Positions 25,929 to 36,580 of a stretch of 49,152 nt of DNA are shown here, in pieces. Numbering within the stretch: position 1 is the stretch's first letter; the number at the start of each line of letters is the position of its first letter. Below the pieces are notes generated by a model, which was not told where the DNA came from, ran no database searches, and was given only the letters and a program-made list of their open reading frames with translations. The translations under genes and the position numbers were made by a program. The stretch is from Octopus sinensis (lineage: Eukaryota): positions 1-49,152 of the forward strand of contig NW_021834403.1 in the NCBI RefSeq assembly GCF_006345805.1, given 5' to 3'.

Positions 25929-26298
25929 GGCGCAGGAGTGGCTGTGTGGTAAGTAGCTTGCTAATCAACCACATGGTTCCGGGTTCAGTCCCACTGCGTG
26001 GCATCTTGGGCAAGTGTCTTCTGCTATAGCCTCGGGCCGACCAATGCTTTGTGAGTGGATTTGGTAGACGGAAACTGAAAGAAGCCCGTCGTATATATGT
26101 ATATATATATGTGTGTGTGTATGTGTTTGTGTCTGTGTTTGTCCCCCTAGCATTGCTTGACAACCGATGCTGGTGTGTTTACGTCCCCGTCACTTAGCGG
26201 TTCGGCAAAAGAGACCGATAGAATAAGTACTGGCGGTGCTCCAGACTGGCCGCAGTCAAATGACTGAAACAAGTAAAAGAGTAAAAGAGTAAAAGAGA
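25929..26298 (+). mobile_element. tRNA/CORE SINE (OR2-like), full length
   Basis: A box GGCTGTGTGG, B box GGTTCAGTCCC, CORE-like TTGGGCAAGTGTCTT, internal (TA)/(TG) tract, LINE-like tail TGGCGGTGC..CAGTC-AAAT-GACTG-AAAC and a (GTAAAAGA)n end. Confidence 0.85.
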
Positions 26299-26348
26299 AT
26301 ATATATATACATATATATATTATATAATTTGTATTTATATGTTTTGGT

Positions 26349-27010
26349 ATATAAATAACCAGATTACTACCTCCCACTTTGAAGAGTATACGTTTGCAAT
26401 CCAGGAACAGGAAATATCAACCAAGTACCTCATGCACAAAAGGGATAAAGATGCAGGAAAAGCTGCACAATGTAAGAATCGATTCAGACTTTGTGGAAGA
26501 TATCAGCCACATCATAAGAGGTTGTCCGAAAATGTCATCACGGTATTACCTTCTGATTAGACATGACGTTGTAACTAGGACACTCTATAATGAAATCCGT
26601 CGGAAGGATAATCCTGAGAACAAAGAAATAAGAACTCACAATATGATAAAAGCCATAATAAAAAGGAATACTGTTGGAATGTACCAGTGAATACCTCAAT
26701 AAAATGTAAGCACGACTGACCTGATATAATGATTTGAGATAATTGTGGAAATTAACTGCCAGCGGATGTTAACATAAAGCTGAAGATCAGTAAAAAAGAG
26801 AACACCTATGCTGAACTATTGAGAAATATGCAGTTACTCTATCCAAATTACAAGTTCAGGTTGGTACCTGTAATTATTGGGGCCCTGGGATTTGTAATAC
26901 ACTGCCTAAATACCAATCTTGATAAATTAGGCTTTCTCCAGAAAGGAGAAAGCTAATCCGAAGACTACAGATCCACTCTATCACTGGAACTGTAAAAGTC
27001 TGTTTATCAT
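26349..27010 (+). pseudogene. R4/Dong-type LINE zinc-knuckle and REL endonuclease relic
   Basis: FAIQEQEISTKY, RLC...EDISHIIRGCPKM..RYYL.IRHDVV, PDIMI, KENTYAELLRNMQLLYP, VPVIIGALG. Confidence 0.85.
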
Positions 27011-27066
27011 TTAAATATATATGAGCATTCTATATATGTAACTATATGCATGAGCCTAAAAAAATA

Positions 27067-27715
27067 TTTGCGTATGCAAAAATTAATAACAAAAATGTAA
27101 AATTACAATTGGATACAAGCAGCAACATCTCAATAACTTACACAGATACATGGGAAAATATAGGGAGACCTAAATCTTTTCTGTAAAAATGTAAATGGTT
27201 TTTTCCTCCAGGACAAATAAGTTGTTCGGCGAAATGAAAAAAAAATTTCCTGAAGTTCTGTTCAATAAATTAGGTTTGTGTACCAAAACGAAGGCATTGT
27301 TTCAAATGCAAGAATACGCCATACCGACATTTAAACAAAAACGAATGGTATCGTTCGCAGCGTTAGAATAGATAAAATTAGAGTAAGAGAGAGACTAGAT
27401 AAATTAAGAGTTATGCAAAAAATGGAATATTCTAAATTGGCAGCACCAAATGTATACAGGTAAGAAAAAGAATGACAAGATGAAAGTGTGCGCTGAGTTC
27501 TCCTCTGGTTTAAACGAATGTCTTGAAACGTGCCACTAATCGCTACCTACTCTGGAGGATATTTTTGCGAAATTAATCGGTGGCAAGATATTTTCTAAAC
27601 AGGATCTCTCTGATACGCTCCCCTACTAATTAGAATAGACGGTAAATGCTCTAAATGCTTAACAATTAACACATATAAAGGATGTATAATTAAAATCGGT
27701 TACCATGTGGCTTAA
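27067..27715 (+). pseudogene. Ty3/Gypsy LTR-retrotransposon protease-RT relic
   Basis: KINNKNVKLQLDTSSNISI (aspartyl protease motif), AIPTFKQKRMVSFA, MEYSKLAAP, KKKNDKMKVCAEFSSGLN, LPTLEDIFAKL.GGKIFSKQDLSD, LTINTYKG. Confidence 0.85.
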
Positions 27716-27960
27716 TCCATGGATCAGATCATAGATCACACAAATTTACGGATTATGGCATGACTTTGAGTGAAGAGAGGTCTGACATTTTCTTACCGAA
27801 AATAAAGTATTTAGGATAAATCATTGGCAGAAATGGACGTCGACCAGACCTGTCGAGAGCAGACGCAATTAAAAATATGTCCCCCACCCGACATATATTA
27901 CGATATTATAAGCATTTTTAGGACTGGCAAATTATTACCAAAATTATATATATATATATC

Positions 27961-28729
27961 AAAATTGTATGATAGATTGCCGTCATTTCCTTCTCTCTTG
28001 CCTGTCTGTGTTTGCCTTTCAAGTGCTGCGGTTTTTACTGAGATCTCCCTTTTAGTAGAAAGAATAGCTATAACTCTTTGACTGCTATTTCTAAATTCGG
28101 TGTGTAGTGAGGCAAATCGTTGCTAAACCCTTAATTACTTAGTATTACTTAAACTTTCCTCGAATGAGGCTTTTACATGCCGAAATCTACTTGGTGAAAT
28201 TAATGATTATTCCAAATTAATTAATTTCACCCTATATTATTACTGATAACCATATTTCATCCCAGTAAATGACCGCAACATCTTGTCTTGGCTACACGCT
28301 GGTGGGAAGGGGTTGGTGACACAAACTTTCATTCACATTTTGAATTTGGTGATACTGGTAACGGTTTTAGCTCGCTCTGATACTGAGTTGAGATGATGCC
28401 TTCTAGTATCTCGAAATTTAATATACAATTATTCATAATTGTAGTGTCCTACGCTGATGAGAAAAGAAGTTGGGTAAGTCATGATTATCTAATTCTTATG
28501 CTTTCCTAAAACTTAATTTCGAAACGTACGTCCGTAGGTGACTTAAAATTGTATGATAGATTGCCGTCATTTCCTTCTCTCTTGCCTGTCTGTGTTTGCC
28601 TTTCAAGTGCTGCGGTTTTTACTGAGATCTCCCTTTTAGTAGAAAGAATAGCTATAACTCTTTGACTGCTATTTCTAAATTCGGTGTGTGGTGAGGCAAA
28701 TCGTTGCTAAACACTTAATTACTTAGTAT
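27961..28729 (+). mobile_element. Hammerhead-bearing non-coding element with 185-bp terminal direct repeats (retrozyme-like or solo PLE pLTR)
   Basis: Direct repeats 27961-28145 and 28545-28729 (2 mismatches), period 584 bp; ribozyme just before the second repeat; (TA)n on both flanks; no recognisable ORF. Confidence 0.8.
28448..28538 (+). ncRNA. Type I hammerhead ribozyme, all core positions intact
   Basis: Stem I CCTACG (28448-53) / CGTAGG (28533-38); CTGATGA 28454-60; stem II GAAAAGAAGTT / AACTTAATTTC (9 of 11 paired); GAAA 28521-24; palindromic ACGTACGT; GUC at 28530-32. Confidence 0.92.
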
Positions 28730-28754
28730 ATATATATATATATATATATAGTCG

Positions 28755-28935
28755 AGATCTACAGAAAAACACAAGACGAAGACGGGTGTATGAACAACAA
28801 GCAGGTGTATTAATTTGACGCTCAGGAAAGTGAGAAAGTCTTTTACGTTTCGAGCCTACACCATTCAGCAGAAAGGAATAAGAGAAAATAAACAGAGAGA
28901 GATTAAAAAACTTGTGAATTTAGTGGTCAAGCATA
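28755..28935 (-). mobile_element. Short PLE-derived element with a decayed hammerhead-like motif
   Basis: Homologous to 11935 and 44660; minus strand CTTT-CTGCTGA-A-TGGT-gtag-GCTC-GAAA-CGTA-AAAG (28840-28875). Confidence 0.6.
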
Positions 28936-28960
28936 TATTATATATATATATACATACATA

Positions 28961-29632
28961 CTAGTCTGATCAATAAGTATCCGGACTGTTGCCATAGAAA
29001 CGAAGCTAAAGCATGCAGAGTAAAGCCACTTCACGCAGATTGACCTTAAACACTTTTGTGCATGCGCTCTAAGTTTTAACGTTCTAGCTCACTTACGTTG
29101 TTTACAGAAGTGCTTGGAAGGAACGTGTGTAGCGGTTTTGGCACAAACTTGGTAGACGCGTCTCATACCCAATTTTTCAGTGATAATGGACTGAGTTAAA
29201 CCGTAACTAATCTGTTCATCCACTAATAACTCACGGATGATGAATCGACGATTTCTCCGCACAGCTGTATGCACATCTGCGATGTTTTTCTCAGCTTTGC
29301 TGGTTGCGGGTCTTCCAGAACGTTCGTCAATATCGGCGTTTTTCAGCCATCTTGAAAACGTCTGAACCACTGGTACACTTATGTGCGTCTCATACACTCT
29401 TCTCCATACACTTTCTGCAACTTTGCAGGCATCACAATGACAACTTTCTCTGTCGTAATCAATACGACGATCACACGCTACACACTTTCCTTCCAATCAG
29501 TGAGCTAGAACGTTAAAACTTTGTGAATATGAACAACAGATTACAAATTCAATCTGTACCAAGCGGCTTTACACTGCGTACTTAAGCTCCGTTACTATGG
29601 TAATAGTCCGGATACTTATTGATCACGACTAA
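28961..29632 (-). mobile_element. Internally deleted mariner element
   Basis: About 40-bp TIRs (AGTC-TGATCAATAAGTATCCGGACT...CCATAG) at 28961-29001 and 29591-29632; N-terminal transposase relic DERSGRPATS...VRRNRRFIIREL...ISYG..QSIITEKLGMRRV; no catalytic domain. Confidence 0.85.
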
Positions 29633-29884
29633 GATCAAGGTCTAATATCTACTCTTAACAGTTGTGTGTGTGTGTGTGTGTGTAGTGAATGTATGTGTGT
29701 AGGTGTCGGCGACGAGAAGTATTTTGAATTCATTAACTTTTTTACTTTGATATTTGTTTTTTTTTCTATATTTTTCTAGAAATATTTTGGCGACAGCCTT
29801 TTCTTTCTAACAGAATCAGAAAGAAAATACAAAATAAATGCGTAATCACAAAATCTAAATTAAAATAAGCAGAAAATACACTCA

Positions 29885-29918
<34 letters not shown>

Positions 29919-31479
29919 ATATATACATAATGTGTGTGTGTGTGTGTGTGTGTGTGTCTGTGTCTGCGTGTGAGTGTGAGTGTGTGTGATTGTGTGTGTG
30001 TATGTGTATGTGTGTGAATGGGTATTAAGAAAACAAATTGATCGAACGTGAAACCCTAGAAACGAACGAAATAATCAGGAAGAGAAACTAGAAATATCGA
30101 TTTCTTCCAACAGCAACAATACTATCGTATAATCGTGTCAAACAAGAATTCTCCTGTTTCTTCTATTCTCAGTCGAAATCTAGGTGCAGAGTAAGGCTAA
30201 GAGAATACTCCGTTTGAAATTACCCCAATATATAACTGGTGTATAATTGATAGACCCCCTGTAATTGGTGCTTTGTCTTGCTGAGTTCATTCATCTTTGT
30301 CCTGAAGATGAATGTGGAGAAGTCATTCCAGTAAAGTTAGGTCCCTCCATGTAGATACAAATCCATGAGAGAGCATCTACATTGTCACGTGTTCACATGG
30401 AAACGCAATGATGCTGTGACTGAGTGTAGATCATTTAGAATTCACACAATTTGACAGAAATTGCAATCAATTCATCTTCGGATCACACCAATTCTTTCTA
30501 TGCCATTATGTCGAGGAAAGATCCCTGGTGATTGCTAAAATATGCAAATAGCGCCCCATGCTCAGCTTTCTTTCGGTGCTTTTCACAGGATACTATCTTG
30601 CTTTCATTCTACCACATCATTGTCATCACTCAAATACAAAGACCCAAAACAAATCTCTCGCCGCATTTCGTCCGACACTCATCAGATTCTATGAATTTAC
30701 AACTCCGATCTAGTCATTTGTTTTATCGAAATCCCGAAGAACGAAATGCATCATCTTCATTGGTAGGAATTGAACTTAAAACATCAACAGTGGGAACATA
30801 TACAGCAGGAATTTTCCGATACTCTACTAATACTGTCAATTCCCCACTTCCTTGCTCTCTACCAGATTTAAAAAGGAAGGATACATTGGCTAATGGAGCC
30901 TTAAATAAACAGTCTTTAACAAAAGCGTTGTCCATCCTCGACGTCCACAAAGCTCAACTATAAATACAATAATCCATCAATGCTTTCCGTCATAATGTAT
31001 CAGTTTGACCTGCCAGTTCCTCCAAACTCTTGGATTACTTCCTTTCTTATATTTGTCAAGGAGTATCTTTCTCGAAATATTATATGTACCCTAACTTATG
31101 TAAGATAATACAATATCATCTCTTCGTTATTATTTATTGGCATCACCTTTTATATTTTGAATTCTCAGCTGCATTGCTGAAAGTTGTTTTAAATCGTTTA
31201 AATCATTTAATAAAGTTGATTATTGAAAAGACTGGCCTTTAAAATGTCTAAAATACAGACACAAATTAATTTAAACCAGAAATTCTCAAACTGTCATAGC
31301 CCCATAACACCCTCATCGCTCCCACGCCAATTTTTATGTATAAATAAATATGTGTGATTATTTAGTGCTTATTGAAGTTGTCAGTCTCGAGCAGGATTCG
31401 AACAGGCTGTTGTTTACATCTCAGATTTGTCAATCAAAATAACCCATGGTACCAGAACATCCAGACATTATTCGCATAG

Positions 31480-31680
31480 AAGGGTAAGAGGAAAGTCCTA
31501 GTTCGAATTTTTGAAAGCCTAAAGAAATCCGCTCGCGCATTCACAGCAAACAAGGCACAGGGCCAGACTTTAGATCGTGTAGGTGTATTTTTAAGCACTC
31601 AGATGTTTACACACGGCCAGTTATACGTCGCTTTGAGTAGAGCAACGGACTCCAGTAATTTGAAAATATCGTCTACAAAC
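31480..31680 (+). pseudogene. Helitron RepHel PIF1-like helicase C-terminal fragment
   Basis: In-frame AFTANKAQGQTLDRVGVFLSTQMFTHGQLYVALSRATD (31537-31650), matching the helicase motif V/VI of Helitrons (HGQLYVALSR). No ATG, so it is absent from the ORF track. Confidence 0.85.
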
Positions 31681-31829
31681 AGAAAATATCGTCTACAAAG
31701 ATGTTTTGCAATCATCTTGATGTTATCGAAAGGAATAGGATTCATAATTTAAAAAAGGAAATTAGTGGACTTTGAATGTATAAGAGTGTAAAATATTGTA
31801 AACAACTAAAATAAAAGTATATCTAAATA

Positions 31830-31970
31830 TAAGGCTGTCCCAAAAGTTCGTAGAAAATCTTGGAAAATAATGGTCTTTATTTTGAGGAATAATTTTTGTT
31901 GTTTTTGTTAGTACTTGGCGAGTAAAAATTCAATTTTCACTAGTGTTTATGAACTTTTGGGACAACCTAA
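31830..31970. mobile_element. Mariner-type MITE (141 bp)
   Basis: 23-bp TIRs TAAGGCTGTCCCAAAAGTTCGTA (20/23 match); TA on both sides. Confidence 0.8.
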
Positions 31971-32335
31971 TAACATTTTTCTCTTAATACTTTTTATGCA
32001 GTGGTAGAAGGAAGGTCTGGCTTTCGTTAGGAGTGATCCACATAACCACTCCTGATACAGAGGCTGGGAGCCTATTTCAATTCGGGAATGAAACGTCATC
32101 ACATGTCCCTTAGTCGCAAACACATGTCATATAGCTGCAACAGAATACTGTATCACCAACAATAATGTGATTTCTCTAAGACATCACCCAGTAATCTATC
32201 AAAGTTTTACACATTTCTCAAAGCAGACTTCTGTTATGACTTCCCTCCCTCATTTTATGCCTCCATCGCAGACAGGTAGAGTTGCTAGTAAACTACAAAT
32301 ATTAGACATAGACAGTCAAGGTATGATTATCATAA

Positions 32336-32635
32336 GCGCAGGAAGGATAGTTCGGGTTCAGTCCTACTGCGCGGCACTTTGAACAAGTGTCTTCCACTAA
32401 AGTTCTGGGCCGACCCATGACCCATCATACACACACGCACATACATGTATGCATGCCTTTGTTTTGTTTCCAGTCAAGGCATGCTTGACAATCGGTGCTT
32501 AGCCGTTCGATAAAAAAGGCCGATAGAATAGGAACCAGACATTAACAATTCAGTAGAGGTGGATTTGCTTGACTAAAACCCTTCAAGGCCTCAGCAAGTC
32601 GGAGTCAAATGACAAACAAATAGAATATAAAGAAA
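32336..32635 (+). mobile_element. tRNA/CORE SINE (OR2-like), degenerate
   Basis: GGGTTCAGTCCTACTGCG...AACAAGTGTCTT...GGGCCGACC...GCTTGACAA...CCGATAGAATA...GAGTCAAATGAC. Confidence 0.65.
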
Positions 32636-32700
32636 GGTTTAATTTGTTAAAAGCCAACCAAGTGTATGATTAACCATAGTTTTATTAAGGATATTACGAG

Positions 32701-32738
<38 letters not shown>

Positions 32739-32780
32739 TCAATAAATGGTGGGGTTGTGTTGACCGCACGTGGAGAAATG

Positions 32781-32954
32781 ATAAGCAATAAAAAAATGTA
32801 AAAATGCAGAATGCTCGATTGAAAGAAAATTTTAATGAATTGAGAAAATGAAAAAAAATATAAATATATATTTATATATTTTTTCATTTTCTCAATTCAT
32901 TAAAATTTTCTTTCAATCGAGCATTCTGCATTTTTACAATTTTTTATTGCTTAT
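32781..32954. repeat. 174-bp near-perfect AT-rich palindrome
   Basis: Arms of 87 bp with no spacer (centre between 32867 and 32868) and 2 mismatches. Confidence 0.95.
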
Positions 32955-32964
32955 ATATATATTC

Positions 32965-33130
32965 TTTTATTCTTTTATTTGTTTCAGTCATTTGACTGCA
33001 GCCATGCTGGAGCACAGCCTTTTGTCGAACAAATCGATCCCAGGACTTATCTTTTGTAAGTCTAGTACTTATTCTATCGGTTCTTTTGCCGAACCACTAA
33101 AATGGTTGGGAGGACAAACACAGACACACA
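32965..33130 (-). mobile_element. OR2-like SINE 3' half
   Basis: TTTCAGTCATTTGACTGCAGCCATGCTGGAGCAC...GTACTTATTCTATCGG is the reverse complement of the tail at 26220-26290. Confidence 0.75.
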
Positions 33131-33135
33131 AACAT

Positions 33136-33440
33136 TACCCCTCTGCAAAGGAATTTTATTTAATTCTTTCGCAGGAAGGATTAGTTCGACGAGACGTGTT
33201 CTGTCCTCACCTTCGAAACACGCTGGAGTTGAACTAAGGACGGCTGATGAAGGGGATTTTTCCTTGTGTAGTTGTCTTGTACTCTGTTTTTTCGTTGTTA
33301 AAGGAATGGTCCGTTTTTACGTTTTCGTTTCTCGTTGAGTTCTACGTCTATTTGTGGTGTCCTGTACATACGTATATATATTTATATATGCATGTATATA
33401 TACATGTAGGTACGCACATATATGTTTGTATGTATGCATA
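33136..33440 (+). repeat. Unclassified structured interspersed repeat (copy 2)
   Basis: Colinear with 4120-4440. Confidence 0.6.
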
Positions 33441-33536
33441 TATTTTATTTATTACACTATTGTATGACTGAGCGCCTTCGCGTCGATTCGATTCGATTCG
33501 TTTGGTTTCGTTTCGTTTCTTCTTCTTCTCTAGGCT

Positions 33537-33606
<70 letters not shown>

Positions 33607-33614
33607 ACGGGCAT

Positions 33615-33777
33615 ACGACGGGTTTCTTTCAGTTTCCGTCTACCAAATCCATTCACATGGCCTTGTTCAGTCGAGGTTACAGTAGAAGACACTTGCCCAA
33701 GGTTCCACGCAGTGGGACTGAACCCAGAACCATGTGGTTGGTAAGCAAGCTACTTACCACACAGCTACTCCGGCACC
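33615..33777 (-). mobile_element. OR2-like SINE 5' half
   Basis: Reverse complement of 25929-26092 at high similarity. Confidence 0.85.
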
Positions 33778-33917
33778 TATATAAATATTTATGTACATAT
33801 GCGTGTATTTGTATATATATATGTATATATATACATAGTGCTCCAGCATGGCCTTAGTCAAATGACTGAAATGTTTAAAAGAATAAAAGAATAAAAAATT
33901 ATTCAGTTCTATATTTA

Positions 33918-34161
33918 AGACATGAGGAATTATGTACATTATTTACATTTGACGGATATTTGTACTCAACTTGTTTGTTGTTAACACAACGTTTCGGCTG
34001 ATATACTTTCCACCCTTCATCAGGTGTCTTGGGGAAATTTCGAACCTGGGTTCTCATTCCTAAGGTATATTTCGATATTATTATTATTCAGGTCACTGCC
34101 TGGAATCGAACTTGGAATCTTGTGTTATTAGCCCGCGCTTTTAACCACCACGCCATATGCC
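33918..34161 (-). mobile_element. SINE-like element: tRNA-Ile(AAT)-like head, (AAT) linker, minimal hammerhead
   Basis: Minus strand GGCATATGGCGTGGTGGTTAAAAGCGCGGGCTAATAACACAAGATTCCAAGTTCGATTCC (A box, CTAATAA loop, B box), then AATAATAAT, then the ribozyme at 34028-33983. Confidence 0.7.
33983..34028 (-). ncRNA. Minimal type I hammerhead-like motif (dimer type)
   Basis: GACAC-CTGATGA-A-GGGTG...CAGCC-GAAA-CGTT-GTGTT; stem I has 4 Watson-Crick pairs plus 1 GU; stem II 4/5; loopless palindromic AACGTT stem III. Confidence 0.65.
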
Positions 34162-35511
34162 TGTGGGTAATTATGCATTGACATTTAGGGCTTATAAAGC
34201 TAATATTTTCCTATCCTTCTTTAATACCGGTTCCCATATGCTCTTCATATCTGCACTCGGTTTGATTCGGAGGTTGTGTCCTGAGGGATGAAGTTAAAAT
34301 AATATAGACCACCATTGGGAAATACGGAAACTGAAAGAAGCAGCGCAAATTAAACCTTTTTTTATATTTTATTTGTTTTAGTCATTGGACTCCGACCTGC
34401 TGAGGCACCGTTATGAAGGGTTTTAGTCTAGAAAATCTACTAAGTTGTTAATGTCTGGTTCTTATTCTATCGGCCTCATTTGCCCAACGGCTAAGTTAGA
34501 GAGACGTGAATATAACAACACCGATTGTCAAGCAGTGTGACCGGAGACAAAATAAAGACATACATACATACATACATACATACATACATACATACATACA
34601 TACAATCATACGTGTGAGTACGTGTGACATATCTGCGGCTGAAGTCAGCTTTGCCCATCCTACTTTCATAACGAATAAATAAGGTACCAGTCATGTAGTA
34701 AGGTCCATTTTTCTGTATCTGGAAAAAAATCTTTTGCTCTGACCAGAACTAGAGAGGGATATAATTCACTAGGTCTATAAACACACGACAGTCTAAGCCT
34801 CTGCATAGTCTGTCTTGGGTCTTCTAGCACGCCCCGGGAATTGGAGACCAAAGCAAGGTATATATGCGCAGTTTCGGGCAACTTGAAGATGGCTGAATAC
34901 TGAGCTAAAAACGTTGTATGCTAAATGGAGGAGCGATTACAAGCGTGATTTCAACAAGAGAACATGCAATTTTATTGTTCTTCCAAGCCGACGCGAGCGC
35001 CTCCGCCTGTTCAGTTGCGCTCCTAGAAACAACAGCCACAGCCTTAAAACACACTTTGCCATCTTAAAGAAATAAAAGGTTACATTGCATAATGTTTATA
35101 GTCTTCATTAAATTACTACCGAGAGATGGGTAGAATCTGCTGACTGCGATGCGTTTGGTCACAAATCTTTTGTCCAATCGGAGCCCGACGTTTTGTAAAA
35201 CAACAGCAGCAGCAACAATTAAAACAATTATTTTTATTATCATTAACAGTATTAACCCTTACGAACAATAACGAAATATCTAACCAGTTTTCCTAACCAT
35301 CATCATCATCATCGTCATCCTCAGCAGCAGCAGCAGCATCGCTGTCGTCGTCTCGTCATCATCGAATTATTTCTACTCTTCGCCTCCTTCTCTCTCAAGC
35401 CACCGTCGACGATGGCTCTCGCGTCATCGTCGCTGCCCTTTGCGACATCATTAACTTTCATCATTAACATCATCATGAAATTATAATGATGATTAAAATA
35501 ATAATAATAAT

Positions 35512-35544
<33 letters not shown>

Positions 35545-36479
35545 AAATCCGATGGCTATTGGTTGTAACAATGAGATCGATAAATATGTGTGTGTGTGTG
35601 TGTGTAGTATGTATGTATGTATGTATATTCCCATTTGTATTATCATCATCTGGTCTTTTTGTTTCGCCATGTTCCATCTTATTGAACAACGCTAACATCA
35701 AATGACGCTGTGTTGTTTAATGTTTGTTGGATAAAACTGATGCCTGTCTTCGTCTTTATCTCGCGCACACTTGTGGCCAAAGTTTACAACATATAAAACG
35801 CACAAAAGCCGAACACCTTAGCATCTCAACCTCAATATAATTCTTCCCTTCTTCTTCTTCTTTCTTCTTCTTCTTCTTCTTCGCCGTCGTCGTCGTCGTC
35901 CTTGTGTTCTTATCGCACCAAATTATCATAACAATGAAAAACAGGCGATCGTAATAAATAATAGCACTCGTAAAATCAGTACTAAACATCGCACACACTT
36001 ATACACACATACGTATCACCTCACAAACATTCCGCACACATACATAAACAATTAAACATATAGGTACACGCATACTTATTCCCATATGCTCACAAGAGAA
36101 CACAAGTGACCAGGCGTGGAAATATGCTCGCACACACACACACACACACACACATACATACAGTCGCATATTTATACACATTAATAATCACATATACGTG
36201 CATACATGCGGGCTCACAAACACAAACTCGTAATCACACATTAACATTGAATCAAAGACATACCTAAATATATGTATGACTCTTCTTCAATGTTAACCTA
36301 CGGACCTACACATTCACTCAGATATCTGTCAGCCTCTCTCATTGCCTTTCTTTTTGTCTATCTATCTGTCTATCTGTCTCACTGTATGTCCTTCTGTCAG
36401 TCTGTCTGTCTATATATCTACCTAGTTATCTGCTTGCTTGTCTGTCATGTAGCTATCCATCCCTCCCTTCATCCATCCA

Positions 36480-36483
36480 TCTG

Positions 36484-36563
<80 letters not shown>

Positions 36564-36580
36564 CCTACCTACCTATCTAT
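36480..36580. repeat. (TATC)n microsatellite
   Basis: Direct run. Confidence 0.95.

Noticed and set aside
27961-28729. Direct repeats as a CRISPR array or as LTRs
   Set aside because: There are only two 185-bp copies in eukaryotic DNA with no spacers. They lack TG...CA ends, PBS and PPT, and they lie downstream of the Gypsy relic rather than around it.
34090-34161. Functional tRNA-Ile gene
   Set aside because: The acceptor and anticodon stems do not pair fully; it is treated as a tRNA-derived head.
34883-34915. TTGAAGA-T-GGC...GCTA-AAAACGTT hammerhead-like string
   Set aside because: Both the CUGA and GAAA cores are mutated.
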